Shown: one piece after another, positions 38,467-49,232 of the stretch
Layout: every line of letters begins with the position of its first letter
Numbering within the stretch: the first letter of the stretch is position 1
NCBI GenBank assembly: GCA_010909165.1
Contig: VJWM01000025.1
Coordinates: forward strand, 1,612,001 to 1,676,000
Direction of reading: 5' to 3'
Source of the DNA: Anthoceros angustus
Taxonomy: Eukaryota; Plantae; Anthocerotophyta
Length of the DNA: 64,000 bases
Made by a program: the position numbers and the translations under genes
Notes under the pieces: generated by a model
Databases searched by the model: none
Told to the model about the DNA's origin: nothing
What the model saw: only the letters and a program-made list of their open reading frames with translations

Positions 38467-41400
38467 TGTGGACTGACTTCGGGGTTAGAAATTAGGTAGG
38501 GTTTTGTTTTTTGTAGGAGCGAAGGATAAAATGAGGCTAAAAAGGGGAAATAAGCATGTTAGCACTCGGACGACTGGAGTACTCCGACCGGAGTGAGGAA
38601 CGCATCAGACCTACGGCGGCGCGCACGGTAACGGATAAGTCCGGACCCACCTGTGACCAGCAGATAAGTACGCCAGGAAAGTAACTTAGAAGTTGAGCCG
38701 TGAGGGACCAGGCGACGCCACGCGGACGACCGAGTGGAGGACGGCATGCACCGGGTCAGACCGTGAATCGCTGAGGCCGAGGCAGTATTCACGCCCGCTG
38801 ACCGCGCGGCGTAGGGGCCGAGGCACGCGCGTAAGGCCGCAGTACGCGGGCCAGAGGGGCCGAGTAAGCCATGCACTCGCCACGATGTGGAAGAGGCGCC
38901 TCCCCGCCGCATTCCCGGGCGTGGTCGCGGAAGGTCACGCGCACCGAGACACGCGATCTCGCGCCCGCAACCGCCTCGGTATCTCGTGACACTGACGCCT
39001 GCTCACCGCTGAGGTTGAGCAACGAACGCGGGCGAAGGGGCGCTGCCAGCCTCCCGCTACAGAACCAAGGGAGGAGAAGGCGATGGCACCCAAAAGCCCG
39101 CGGAAGTTTGGGAGCCATGGAACCTTGTGGAGCGCAACATTGTGACCCGCGCTATCCGGACTTTGGGCCTGCCCAGGAAGCGGGAGAATTGGTGCAGGAG
39201 TGGCATTTGGATGTGTTCCATGGTCCGACATTTGACAAGGTCACCGTCCGGAGTTCGCCCAAGATGTCGGTCAATAAGGAGGTGCGGTCCAAGAACCTCC
39301 GGAGGACCCAAGGCGATGGACCTTGAGGTCCCGAGGCGCCTACAACCGCCCAAGGAGGAAGAGGGGGTGGTGCCGAGCCCCTCAAGGCGAAGGGAAGATA
39401 GGCCGCCACAGCCGATGCTAAGGCTCGACGCAACGACCACCAACGTTGGTCGATATCCGACCTGACCGAGTAAGGGCGGTGGCCCGGATCATTGTCCATC
39501 GAACCTACTCACCAAGGTGGATCACCTTGGTGATAATCTGGTATTCCGCACGCTACCGCAATGGGAAGAGGGCGACCGGGGAAGGATTATCTTCGCCCTT
39601 AGCTGTGAGGCTCGCAAGCTCAGACCGAAGCCTCGCCATCTGGGCCGCCCCCCATACCGATCCATGTATGGGGCATTTCGAGCTCTCAAGGAAGGAGAGC
39701 TTGAGCGAGCGCCGGAAAGGACCGAGGCCCGCCAAGTGGAGCGGCAAGGGCGCCGGAGGAGGAGGCCGGCCGAAACCAAACGGACGGAGGAGGACGATCG
39801 AGGATTCCGACTCCATACGCCCTGAACGGACCCCTCACCACCTGTGGAAGTATGGGAAGAAATTCCCGCCTCCTCCTCCGTGCCCCAACCAGCACCCCCA
39901 GCAGAAGCCCCGACCTGCCCCCGCCACCGCCATCACTCCTACCGAGGAGCCCGCCGACTGTGAGGGAGCCAAGAGACGCAAGACCACGGCTACCAACGCT
40001 GCACCCGGTGCCAAGACTCTTCCCCGCCACTGAGTGGCAAGAAGCGGAGGAAGCGAAGGAGGGCGAAGGGACGCCTGTGGAGGAGGACACCGCAGCTGAC
40101 CCAGAGCCGGCCCCCCGAAGGGCAAAAAAGGCTTGCTCGACTCTCACCTCCTCCGAGCCCTGTGGAGGAAAAGGGCGAGAAGGAGCTGCCAAAAGGGCCA
40201 AGGAGGGGAAGCTCCGAACCACTCGTGACCTAAGGGTCCCGATTAGGTCCGGAGAACCCACCGACTTCCCGGACATGGTATGGAGGTCCTCGACGGACTG
40301 TGAGATGCCGGCCCCACGGACTTTGTGGGAGCCTCACAGGCCGTGGAAGAAACAGGGTTCTCATATGGAGAATGCCTGGGGTCTGTGGGATGGCCGAGAA
40401 GACCTGTGGAGGTAGCCACCCGAGGCGCATGGTAGCAGCCTGAGGGCCCAGAGGCGAAGGCAAGCTCGGCCGGATTGAGGAAGGAAACGCCGAGGCGAGA
40501 GGGAGGTCCGTCCATCCGCAAGGACCGGACTAAATTCCTTCACCGAGGAACAAACAAGGGCAGGAGGCCCAAGCGCTGGCGGAGGACCTCCGCAGCAGGG
40601 GCGAGCGCAGAGAAGAGGACGCCCGGCGCAAGCGTAACGGGCGGATCCGCGAGGCACTGACCGACCAGCAGCTGCGAGAGGCTCAGTGAAGGTGGCCAAG
40701 GAGGCGGAGGCCACGGCGATCGCGATCACTATCGGATCGAACCGTGGAGGGAGGCGGCCGAGAGAGCCACGCCAATCAAGGCCGAGCAAGTGGTCGGAGC
40801 AAGCCTGACGAGCCGTAAACATGGAGGCCAGACCCGGGAGATTGGGGACCCTGTGCACTGCAGGAGGTAGAAGGGAGGCGCAGGAGTTGGAGGACAAGAA
40901 GGACACCTTGGAGTTACAACCCAAGACGTCGGAGCAAAGAAGGAATTCTCAATGGGAGAATCCAAGACTTCGAAAGGTGAGATAGAGCGCCCACGCAAGA
41001 TGGAGCAGAGGTGGCGGAGCAAGCGCGACCAACCAGCCCAAGAAGTCGCGACAAGGAGGTGGAGGATCTCCTGACTCGCCCCGGAGGTGGAGCAGGCGGA
41101 GATGGAGGACCGCAAGGAGACTTTGAGAGCCCCAAACTATTGAGAGGAATGGTAGTTCAGACATGGTCGCGAACGCGAGGGAAATAGAGCGGCCCGGCCT
41201 GCGGAGAGCGAAGGCGATGGAACAGGAGCAGGACGCCGAGATGGAAAAGGGCTGGTGAAGCCCGCAGTCAGGTTGCCCACCGTCTGGAGCGGAGATGGCG
41301 AGCACAATGGACAAGGAGGCGAGGGCGCCGAGGCGAGAGGGAGGTCCGGTGAGGAAGTCGGGGAACGCCGCTGCTATGGCGGGTGGCAATCTCGAGGAGT

Positions 41401-42879
41401 TGGAGCAAGTGGAGCAGGGAGGCGGAGGTGACCGAGGCACCTACTCGAGAAGGCCCACCTATCAATGGGGAGGTGGAGCAACAAGCGGGCAACAGCTCAC
41501 CTCCGAGCATCAATGGCGGGGAGACGGTGCCCGCACACGTGGAAGAGGCAATCCACAAGTGGATTCGGACTTTGCCTATTACCACACCGAGCCCCGGGCG
41601 GAGGCCTCGCCGCCAAGCCCGGCCTGAGGGGGGAAGAAGGGCACGGAGACAGGGACCCTAGGGGCCCTGCTTGGGACGGCAAGGAGGAGCCAAGAGGAGC
41701 GGACGCATGACCCCAAGGTAAGTTCACCACCACCATCCGCCAAGGGGGTGAGGGGCCTGCAGGGGTGCAACCGGGGAGCCAACCCGACCAAGACAAGGGT
41801 CGGGTAAGGAGGAGGACCTAGCAGACGAGGTCCACAGGAAGGGGTCCGAGTTTGAGATCGGACCAGAAGGCCGGACCTCGAGGTCCGAACCCGAGACGAG
41901 GGGACCCAGGCCTGGAGAAATAAAACCGACCGAGTTCAGTTCGAGACCGACCCCGAGGTCCGACTCCGAAGAAGGAGGAGCCCCTCGACTTACGCAGGGG
42001 AGCGAGGGCACCGGAGGGGACCCACGGAAGGAGGAGGATGACGTTGTGGTAACGCGGCCGCCGACCGCCGAGCCCAACCCGGCTGTGATTCCGGAGGAGG
42101 GGTCCGCCTCGCGATCATCCGATTGCGCGCGCCACGCCGTGACGGGAGATTGGACCACCAATCCCAAGGCGGAAGGGACCTTCCCCCACCGCCGCGAAGG
42201 AGATAGGAGGAGGAATAGGATGGTAGGCGGCCGACAGTAGGCATACCGAAATGGCCTCACCGTAATAGAGGTGTAATAAAGGCGCCGACCGGTAGTATAA
42301 GAGGGCTAAGGCCGCCGAATAAATCATCTTTCTCTTGGTGTTGATGCTGCGCTCTGCACCTTTGTGTCTTCTGCTAACGTGAGTCCCGAGTCACCGAAAG
42401 GTGCACGACACCCGGGAGATTGATCGTGGTCCCGTGACGGACCTAACGTGTTGTGGTGTGTGTGTGGAAGGGTGATGTGACCCGTGCTCGCCCAGAGCCG
42501 CGCCCAAAGACCGAACGGACCGAACGCGGTGAGCCGAGGAACTCCGGAGGGCGCAGAGCCGGACGGAGAGGCCCGGAACGACGGGAGGAGGTCCGGCCGG
42601 TAACCCGCCTTTCCTAAGACCGATGAGGAGTGAGTGGAGAGAGGAAAGGACTGGAAGTGTGAGTGACGAATGAACGATACGGACGCGAACGGTCCCTAAA
42701 CGCTTGGCCATACCGGCCTCAGATGAACGCTAGGTAAAGGCGATGTGTGCGGCGAACGAGCGCAGTGAGGTAAGAATCACCAAACGCTGCAAACGGAGCC
42801 TATCATTCCTTGGGAACGACTCTTCCTACAACGACACGGGATTATGCCTGGCCGGCCATCGCCGAAAGTCGCTACTACA
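38467..42879 (+). repeat. 3' LTR, ~4.4 kb
   Basis: Follows the PPT; colinear with the 5' LTR with many small indels. Confidence 0.88.
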
Positions 42880-42939
42880 AGATGGCTTGTACTCAACGAT
42901 CATAAGACTTACGGTGCTGTGTGTACCAAACCAGATCCT

Positions 42940-43107
42940 GAGCCAGAAAAGCATTATAAATCTTTTTATCACGACCTTTATATTACAAAAGTGTTACATT
43001 TTTTGAGGATTGGAAATACAAACGAAAACCATAACAAACCACTATTATATGTATGCTCAAAAGTGTAACAAAAAAGCATAATAAAAACCCCCTTGTTTCT
43101 AGTAGTG
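42940..43107. mobile_element. CACTA-type element right-end fragment
   Basis: Ends ...ttctagtagtg (reverse complement CACTACTAGAA) after an AT-rich subterminal tract; left boundary approximate. Confidence 0.6.
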
Positions 43108-43878
43108 CTATGCTTTTGAAGATTGCATTTCTTAAGTCGCCTAACTAATGAACATGGACTAGGCTGTTGTCCTTGCTTAAGCTTGAGTCTTCACTTATAG
43201 ACTCAGATTGCGTATCGGACATGGATTATTTGCAATAGTTCTTTCATTCAAGGTGTCACATATTGCTTTTTTCATATTATAAAAATATAATGAATATATT
43301 TGTGTATAAAGTCTAATAAATATATTATATTTTCTTCCATAATTAAGTCGTCTTTCAAGGCCACTTTTAGGTGTTGCTTTGATGTAACAAATGTTGTTGC
43401 CCATGGTTTCAAGTAGAGATCCCTCGATTAACATGTTTGACTTGCATGCATCAGGCCATTAGAGATGCAATCTCGTGTCTACCTAAAGTAGTAGCACAAT
43501 GAAGAAAGTTAATGAATCCTAATGAAGCCTAAGTAACAAAATATATGAATCTAAACAAAACGATGTTTTAACGTTGCACCAAATTCATGTGAGCTTCTCT
43601 TTTCCTTTGGAAATGCAAAGCCTTAAGTTATATGGTCTTAATTACGAGGTTGCTAACTTGGAGCTGAGATAGCCCGGGCTTATAACATCTACAAAGGTCA
43701 TGTCTGACTCTTGTAACATGTTCACACGGTACGCAACACATGGCTAATTTAGTGTAATAAAATGGAATGGCCATTTCCCCTTAATTAATGTTGCTGCAAT
43801 GTACAAAAGTCATGATTAATTCCATGCTCATGAAAACTGTAATTATTCTACAAGAAAGGTCTTCCAAACAATTCATCG

Positions 43879-44666
43879 CTATCTTTCTTGTGATAATCTC
43901 TCTCCACGAATGCGTCTTGCCAACTGCATGTCTTTAGGCATTATGGTGACCCTCTTAGCATGGATGGCGCAAGTGTTGGTGTCTTCAAAGAGCCCTACAA
44001 GATACGCTTCACATGCTTCTTGAAGGGCAAGAATTGCATGGGTCTGAAATCGCAAATCCGCCTGTAGACATGCACATGTCCCAACAAGTCAAGCAAAGTT
44101 AGAACTTACAACAAAGATAGTATAAAGCATAATATTGCTTATTACAAATGGTTATTCATGTATCATTTTATAAAGAAATACAACAATTCTAGATACCAAC
44201 ATGTAACATTATTATAACACTAAACCAACACAAGAGAGTGCTTATTATGCATCACCTTATACTCATGCGCAATCTCCTTCACCAAGCGTTGGAAGGGCAA
44301 CTTCTGGATTAATAGATCTGTGCTCTTTTGGTACTTCCTTATCTCACTGTACAACATGTAACACGTACAACACATATCACTGTAAGTCTTACGATCGTTT
44401 AGTAAAAGCTAATGTAAGTAAAGAGCGTGACCGAGTAGTTTCTCATGCATGCACAAAGAATATGTGAAAGAAAGCAATTACACATGACCCTCCACTCAAT
44501 GCTTGCAAAGAGCTTACCGAAGAGACACGACTCCAAGACGATGGCGACGCGGCTTCTTGATGCCTCCAACTATTTCACCCCATCCTTTAGCAGCCTTAGA
44601 GGCAAGTTGCTTCCTTGGACCTGTGCCACCGTTGCTCCTGCGAGCCATTTGCTTGGTGCGAGCCAT
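43879..44666 (-). CDS. Divergent H3.3-derived histone H3 variant, 140 aa, 3 exons (44666-44518, 44346-44256, 44061-43879)
   Basis: Intact spliced [147 protein letters not shown] introns at R49 (phase 2) and K79 (phase 0). H87/L90 plant H3.3 signature. Confidence 0.92.
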
Positions 44667-44690
44667 AGTATACGCTTGGAATGAGCCAAA

Positions 44691-44831
44691 GTTCTTCTTA
44701 TCCAATGATGTGAAGTCTCTTCTAGAGTGAAAGCTTTTACTTAGACCCAAAAAGGGTATGAACCAACGTTCTTCTTATCCAGTTATGTGAGGTCTCTTCT
44801 AGAGTGAAAGCTTATACTTAGACCCAAAAAG
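44691..44831. repeat. ~64-bp direct duplication (period 77) upstream of the H3 variant
   Basis: gttcttcttatcca..atgtga.gtctcttctagagtgaaagctt.tacttagacccaaaaag at 44691 and 44768. Confidence 0.85.
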
Positions 44832-44868
44832 CTAGTAACTTCTGGATATACATGTGCCCAACTAGTGC

Positions 44869-44875
44869 ATATATA
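44869..44875 (-). promoter_or_regulatory. Possible TATA element of the H3 variant
   Basis: TATATAT on the minus strand about 200 nt upstream of the ATG; position only. Confidence 0.25.
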
Positions 44876-45046
44876 GTCGTCAGGATCTTAGGCACGAGAA
44901 TATTTTCTCGAGAAGAAAAAAAATATAAATAAATTATCCATTACTCTAATTAGCAAAATGAAAGTGGCAATTTCTCTAATTAACAAAATGAGAAAGTGGC
45001 TTTCTTCCCGTTGGATCTGGTGGACTAGATATGGACGTGGCCTACT

Positions 45047-48000
45047 GAGTATGTCTAGGGGTGCGTTCGGGCGAAGCGGCTAAGCTCCAGTTCATGTGCG
45101 AAAACATCTCTAGGATCATGTCGTGAAGGGCCAAACTGGATTTGACTTGACATTGGAGGATGCTAATTGGAGCTGGAGCTGGATCAAGCCCTTAGCGATT
45201 AACGGTGCAAAGGTATTGCTCTTCCTGGCTAAGGCTGGGCTACACTTGGCGGCCGGCATTGGGGGTGCGGTTCCAAACCCTTCTACCAGTTTGGATGGAG
45301 CGGTTTCTATCGTTGCGCTTGGATGGAGCGGTTTCTCTCGTAGCCCTATCCGATTTGAATCTGGACCTGACAGGACCAGCTGCGAGCCAGAACACTCCCG
45401 TGCAAGAGGCAAGAGGCATGGATCGCTCTGAAGAATCTCGTGCAGCCCTTGCTAAGGGATCAAATGGCCGAGAAAGCGTTAGTGGCCAGGAATGGCATCT
45501 TGCTCTGCACCTTGAGTAATGATGTCGAGTATATGGCTGTTAGAGCTCTATTTAGGGCACGTTTCAACAAATACTCTAATATATATTAATTAGGTTACTG
45601 AGATATCATTAATTATAGTAGATTCAGTTTATAACCGCTTTGTGTGTTCACCCCTTGACTTGTTCATTCTCTTAATTGTATCATAGCGTTCTTCGTGTAT
45701 GCTTCCGCTTGTTGATGTTTGACATGGTATCAGAGCCGTGCAAATCTCTGATTGAAATATATTTCCCACAAAGGAGATGCTAACAACATGGCCAGACAAG
45801 GTAGAAAGAGTTCAGGGGATTTCACAAATTGTTCCCCAGCTTTTATCTACCGTGGCCATGGAAACCCTGCTAGAGCACCAAAACCTCAGAGGCAAACACC
45901 TGTCTAGTGTATATGTGATCCAAGGCCCCTCTGCACACCCAACAGGAGACATTCCTCTAATGATTCCTTGCAGGCCATTCAAAGTCAGTTAGAACACATT
46001 GAAGGCCGTCAATTACAAGTACTTGCTTTCTTACAGCACTTCGAGAAATATCATCGATTAGCCTCCTCCAACATGGTGAAAATGATTACTCGGCAGTGAA
46101 ATCATTAATCAAGACAAATCGCATTCCAATTAGAGCAGGAAGATCAATCAACTTACTTTAGCTATCATTCGCAATTCCTCTAGTTCATCCACAAAAGTAA
46201 AAGACAAGCACTTAGCTAATGATGATTGCTACCCAAGATTCCATGTGTAGAAGATTTCTAGCTAATCTCTCCGTAGCTAGTCGTATTTCGTGTCTAGATT
46301 CGACTAGATAAAAGCGCTAGGCCCTCTGGATGTGGTCTCCACCCAATCGAGATTATAGACCATTAACAACTAGGAAAAACCACACCACCACTTATGGCTG
46401 GATCAAGTTATGCGGGATCCAGCACCACCAGCACCACCACCATTAATAATACATATAAATATGACTTCAAGGAAAAAGACAGGTTTGCTGGAAGTGAATA
46501 CAACATCTGGTCAATGCGGATGCGATGCATCTTTGAAGACAGCGACTTGTGGGACGTTGTCAATGGTACATATGCTAAACCTACAGCAACCGGCACAAAT
46601 GCAATACCAGCATCCGACATTGCAGCATGGACCAAAACAGATAAGAGAGCAAGGAATGTGATCCTCTCCGGGTTAGATAGGAGTACTGCTCATCACATCA
46701 TAGGTGCCGTAAGTGCAGCTTCAGCTTGGTCAAATCTCAAGCAGCTGTACGAATCTATGGACGCAATGAGTAAACTGAATGTAACCAGGGCATTTTATCA
46801 TCAAGATGAGTGAAACGGACACCGTCGCTGAACATATCAAATTGTTCAGGACAGCCAGAGCAAGATTAGCATCATGCGGCACAAATTTGGACGAAAGCCA
46901 AGCAGCCATAGCTTTGCTTGGCTCTCTCCCTGACAGTTACCACACATTCAAGACGACACAAAATGGTGTTCCCAAGCAAGCCACTCTTGCAGCAAAGAAG
47001 TCACCTGGACAGCCAATTGATTTCTCTATCTCAGAGTTGGTCGGAGCCCTCATGGAGGAAGAGGTCTCAAGAGGCCTGCCAGACATCCAATGCTGGAGCC
47101 AAGGAAGAGCCCTCTTTGTGGTCAGAGGAAGAGGAAGAGGAAGAGCACGAGGCCGTGGACGTGGCCCTCACGAGTATGTCTAGAGTGCGTTCGGGGCGCG
47201 GCTAAGCTCCAGTTCATGTGCGAAAACATCTCTAGGATCATGTCGTGAAGGGCCAAACTGGATTTGACTTGACATTGAGGATGCTAATTGAGTGGAGTGG
47301 ATCAAGCCCTAGATTAGGTGCAAAGGTATTGCTCTTCCCGGCTAAGGCTGGGCTACACTTGGCGGCCGGCATTGGGGTGCGGTTCCAAACCCTTCTACCG
47401 GTTTGGATGGAGCGGTTTCTATCGTTCGCTTGGATGGAGCGGTTTCTCTCGTAGTCTCTATCCGATTTGAATCTGGACTGACAGACCGAGCGAGAACACT
47501 CCTGCAAGAGGCAAGAGGCATGGATCGCTCAAGAATCTCGTGCAGCCCTTGCTAAGGGATCAAATGGCGAAAGCGTTAGTGGCCGTGAATGGCATCTTGC
47601 TCGCACCTTGAGTAATGATGTCGGTATATGGGTCAGAGCTCTATTTAGGCACGTTTCAACAAATACTCTAATATATATTAATTAGGTTACTGAGATATCA
47701 TTAATTATAGTAGATTCAGTTTATAACCGCTTTGTGTGTTCACCCCTGACTTGTTCATTCTCTTAATTGTATCATAGCGTTCTTCGTATGCTTCCGCTTG
47801 TTGATGTTTGACATGGTATCGAGCTGCAAATCTCTGATTGAAATATATTTACAAAGGAGATGCTAACAACATGGCAGACAGTAGAAGAGTTCGTGGATTT
47901 CACAAATTGTTCCCCGCCTTTTATCTACCGTGGCTATGGAAACCACTAGAGCACCAAAACCTCAGAGGCAAACACCTGTCTAGTGTATATGTGATCCAAG

Positions 48001-49232
48001 GCCCTCTCAGACACCCAACAGAGACATTCCTCTAATGATTCCTTGCAGGCCATTCAAAGTCGCTTAGAACACATTGAAGGTCAATTACAAGTACTTGCTT
48101 TCTTACAAAGACCAGAAATATCATCGATTAGCCTCCTCCAACATGGTGAAAATGATTACTCGAAAACAGGCTGAAATCATTAATCTGCACAAATCACTGT
48201 TCCAATTAGAACAGAAGATCAATCAACTTACTTTAGCTATCATTCGCAATTCCTCTAGTTCATCCACAAAAGTAAAAGACAAGCACTTAGCTAATGATGA
48301 TTGCTTACCCAAGATTCCATGTGTAGAAGATTTCCTAGCTAATCTCTCTGTAGCTAGCTGTATTTCAGGTCTAGATTCAGACTAGATACAGGCGCTAGGC
48401 CCTCTGGATGTGGTCTCCACCCAATCGAGATTATAGACCATTAACAACTAGGAAAAACCACACCACCACTTATGGCTGGATCAAGTTATGCGGGATCCAG
48501 CACCACCAGCACCACCACCATTAATAATACATATAAATATGACTTCAAGGAAAAAGACAGGTTTGCTGGAAGTGAATACAACATCTGGTCAATGCGGATG
48601 CGATGCATCTTTGAAGACAGCGACTTGTGGGACGTTGTCAATGGTACATATGCTAAACCTACGGAAGCGGCAAATGCAATACCAGGATCCGACATTGCAG
48701 CATGGACCAAAACAGATAAGAGAGCAAGGAATGTGATCCTCTCCGGGTTAGATAGAGTACTGCTCATCACATCATAGGTGCCGTGAAGTGCGGCTTGACA
48801 GTCAAATCTCAAACGGTATGCGAATCTATGGACGCAATGAGTAAACTGAATGTAACCAGGGCATTTTATCATCTGAAGATGAGTGAAACGGACACCGTCG
48901 CTGAACATATCAAATTGTTCAGGACAGCCAGAGCAAGATTAGCATCATGCGGCACAAATTTTGACGAAGCCAAAAAGCGATAGCTTTGCTTGGCTCTCTC
49001 CCTGACAGTTACCACACATTCAAGACGACACAAAATGGTGTTCCCAAGCAAGCCACTCTTGCGGAAGAAGTCACCGGACAGCCAATTGATTTCTATCTCG
49101 TAGTTGGTGGCCCTCATGGAGGAAGAGGTCTCAAGAGGCCTGCCCAGCACATCCAATGCTGGAGCCAAGGAAGAGCCCTCTTTGTGGTCAGAGGAAGAGG
49201 AAGAGGAAGAGCACGAGGCCGTGGACGTGGCC
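45047..49232 (+). repeat. ~2.1-kb tandem duplication of flank + LTR + ORF0 + 5' gag (45047-47171 and 47172-~49232)
   Basis: Both copies begin gagtatgtctag; both contain the AATGA TSD, LTR, PBS and gag up to the RGRG tract. Confidence 0.92.
47860..48385 (+). pseudogene. Extra ORF (ORF0) upstream of gag in copia 3 (second copy at ~45777-46308)
   Basis: Coiled-coil-like QAEIINLHKSLFQLEQKINQLTLAII followed by DDCLPKIPC; frameshifted. Confidence 0.45.

Larger units (their letters stand above)
28592..42879 (+). mobile_element. Ty3/gypsy non-chromovirus (Athila-like) LTR retrotransposon with very long LTRs
   Basis: LTRs 28592-33089 and 38467-~42879. PBS tggcgccgctgcggg at 33093 (resembles the tRNA-Asp PBS of Athila). 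PPT agtgagaagggag 38452-38464. Order PR-RT-RH-IN, no chromodomain seen. 3' end approximate. Confidence 0.92.

Noticed and set aside
29279-42330. Many minus-strand ORFs in the gypsy LTRs and internal region
   Set aside because: GC-rich low-complexity shadows; not consistent between the two LTR copies
28587-42886. TSD for the gypsy element
   Set aside because: gtagc versus atggc is only a degenerate match and the 3' LTR end is ambiguous, so no TSD is claimed
43879-44666. CenH3 identity for the histone gene
   Set aside because: Tail is canonical length and alignable, there is no loop-1 extension, and Q68, F84 and T107 are retained
2303-45737. tRNA genes at the tggtatcagagcc and tggcgccg sites
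   Set aside because: These are 13-15-nt primer-binding sites, not tRNA genes
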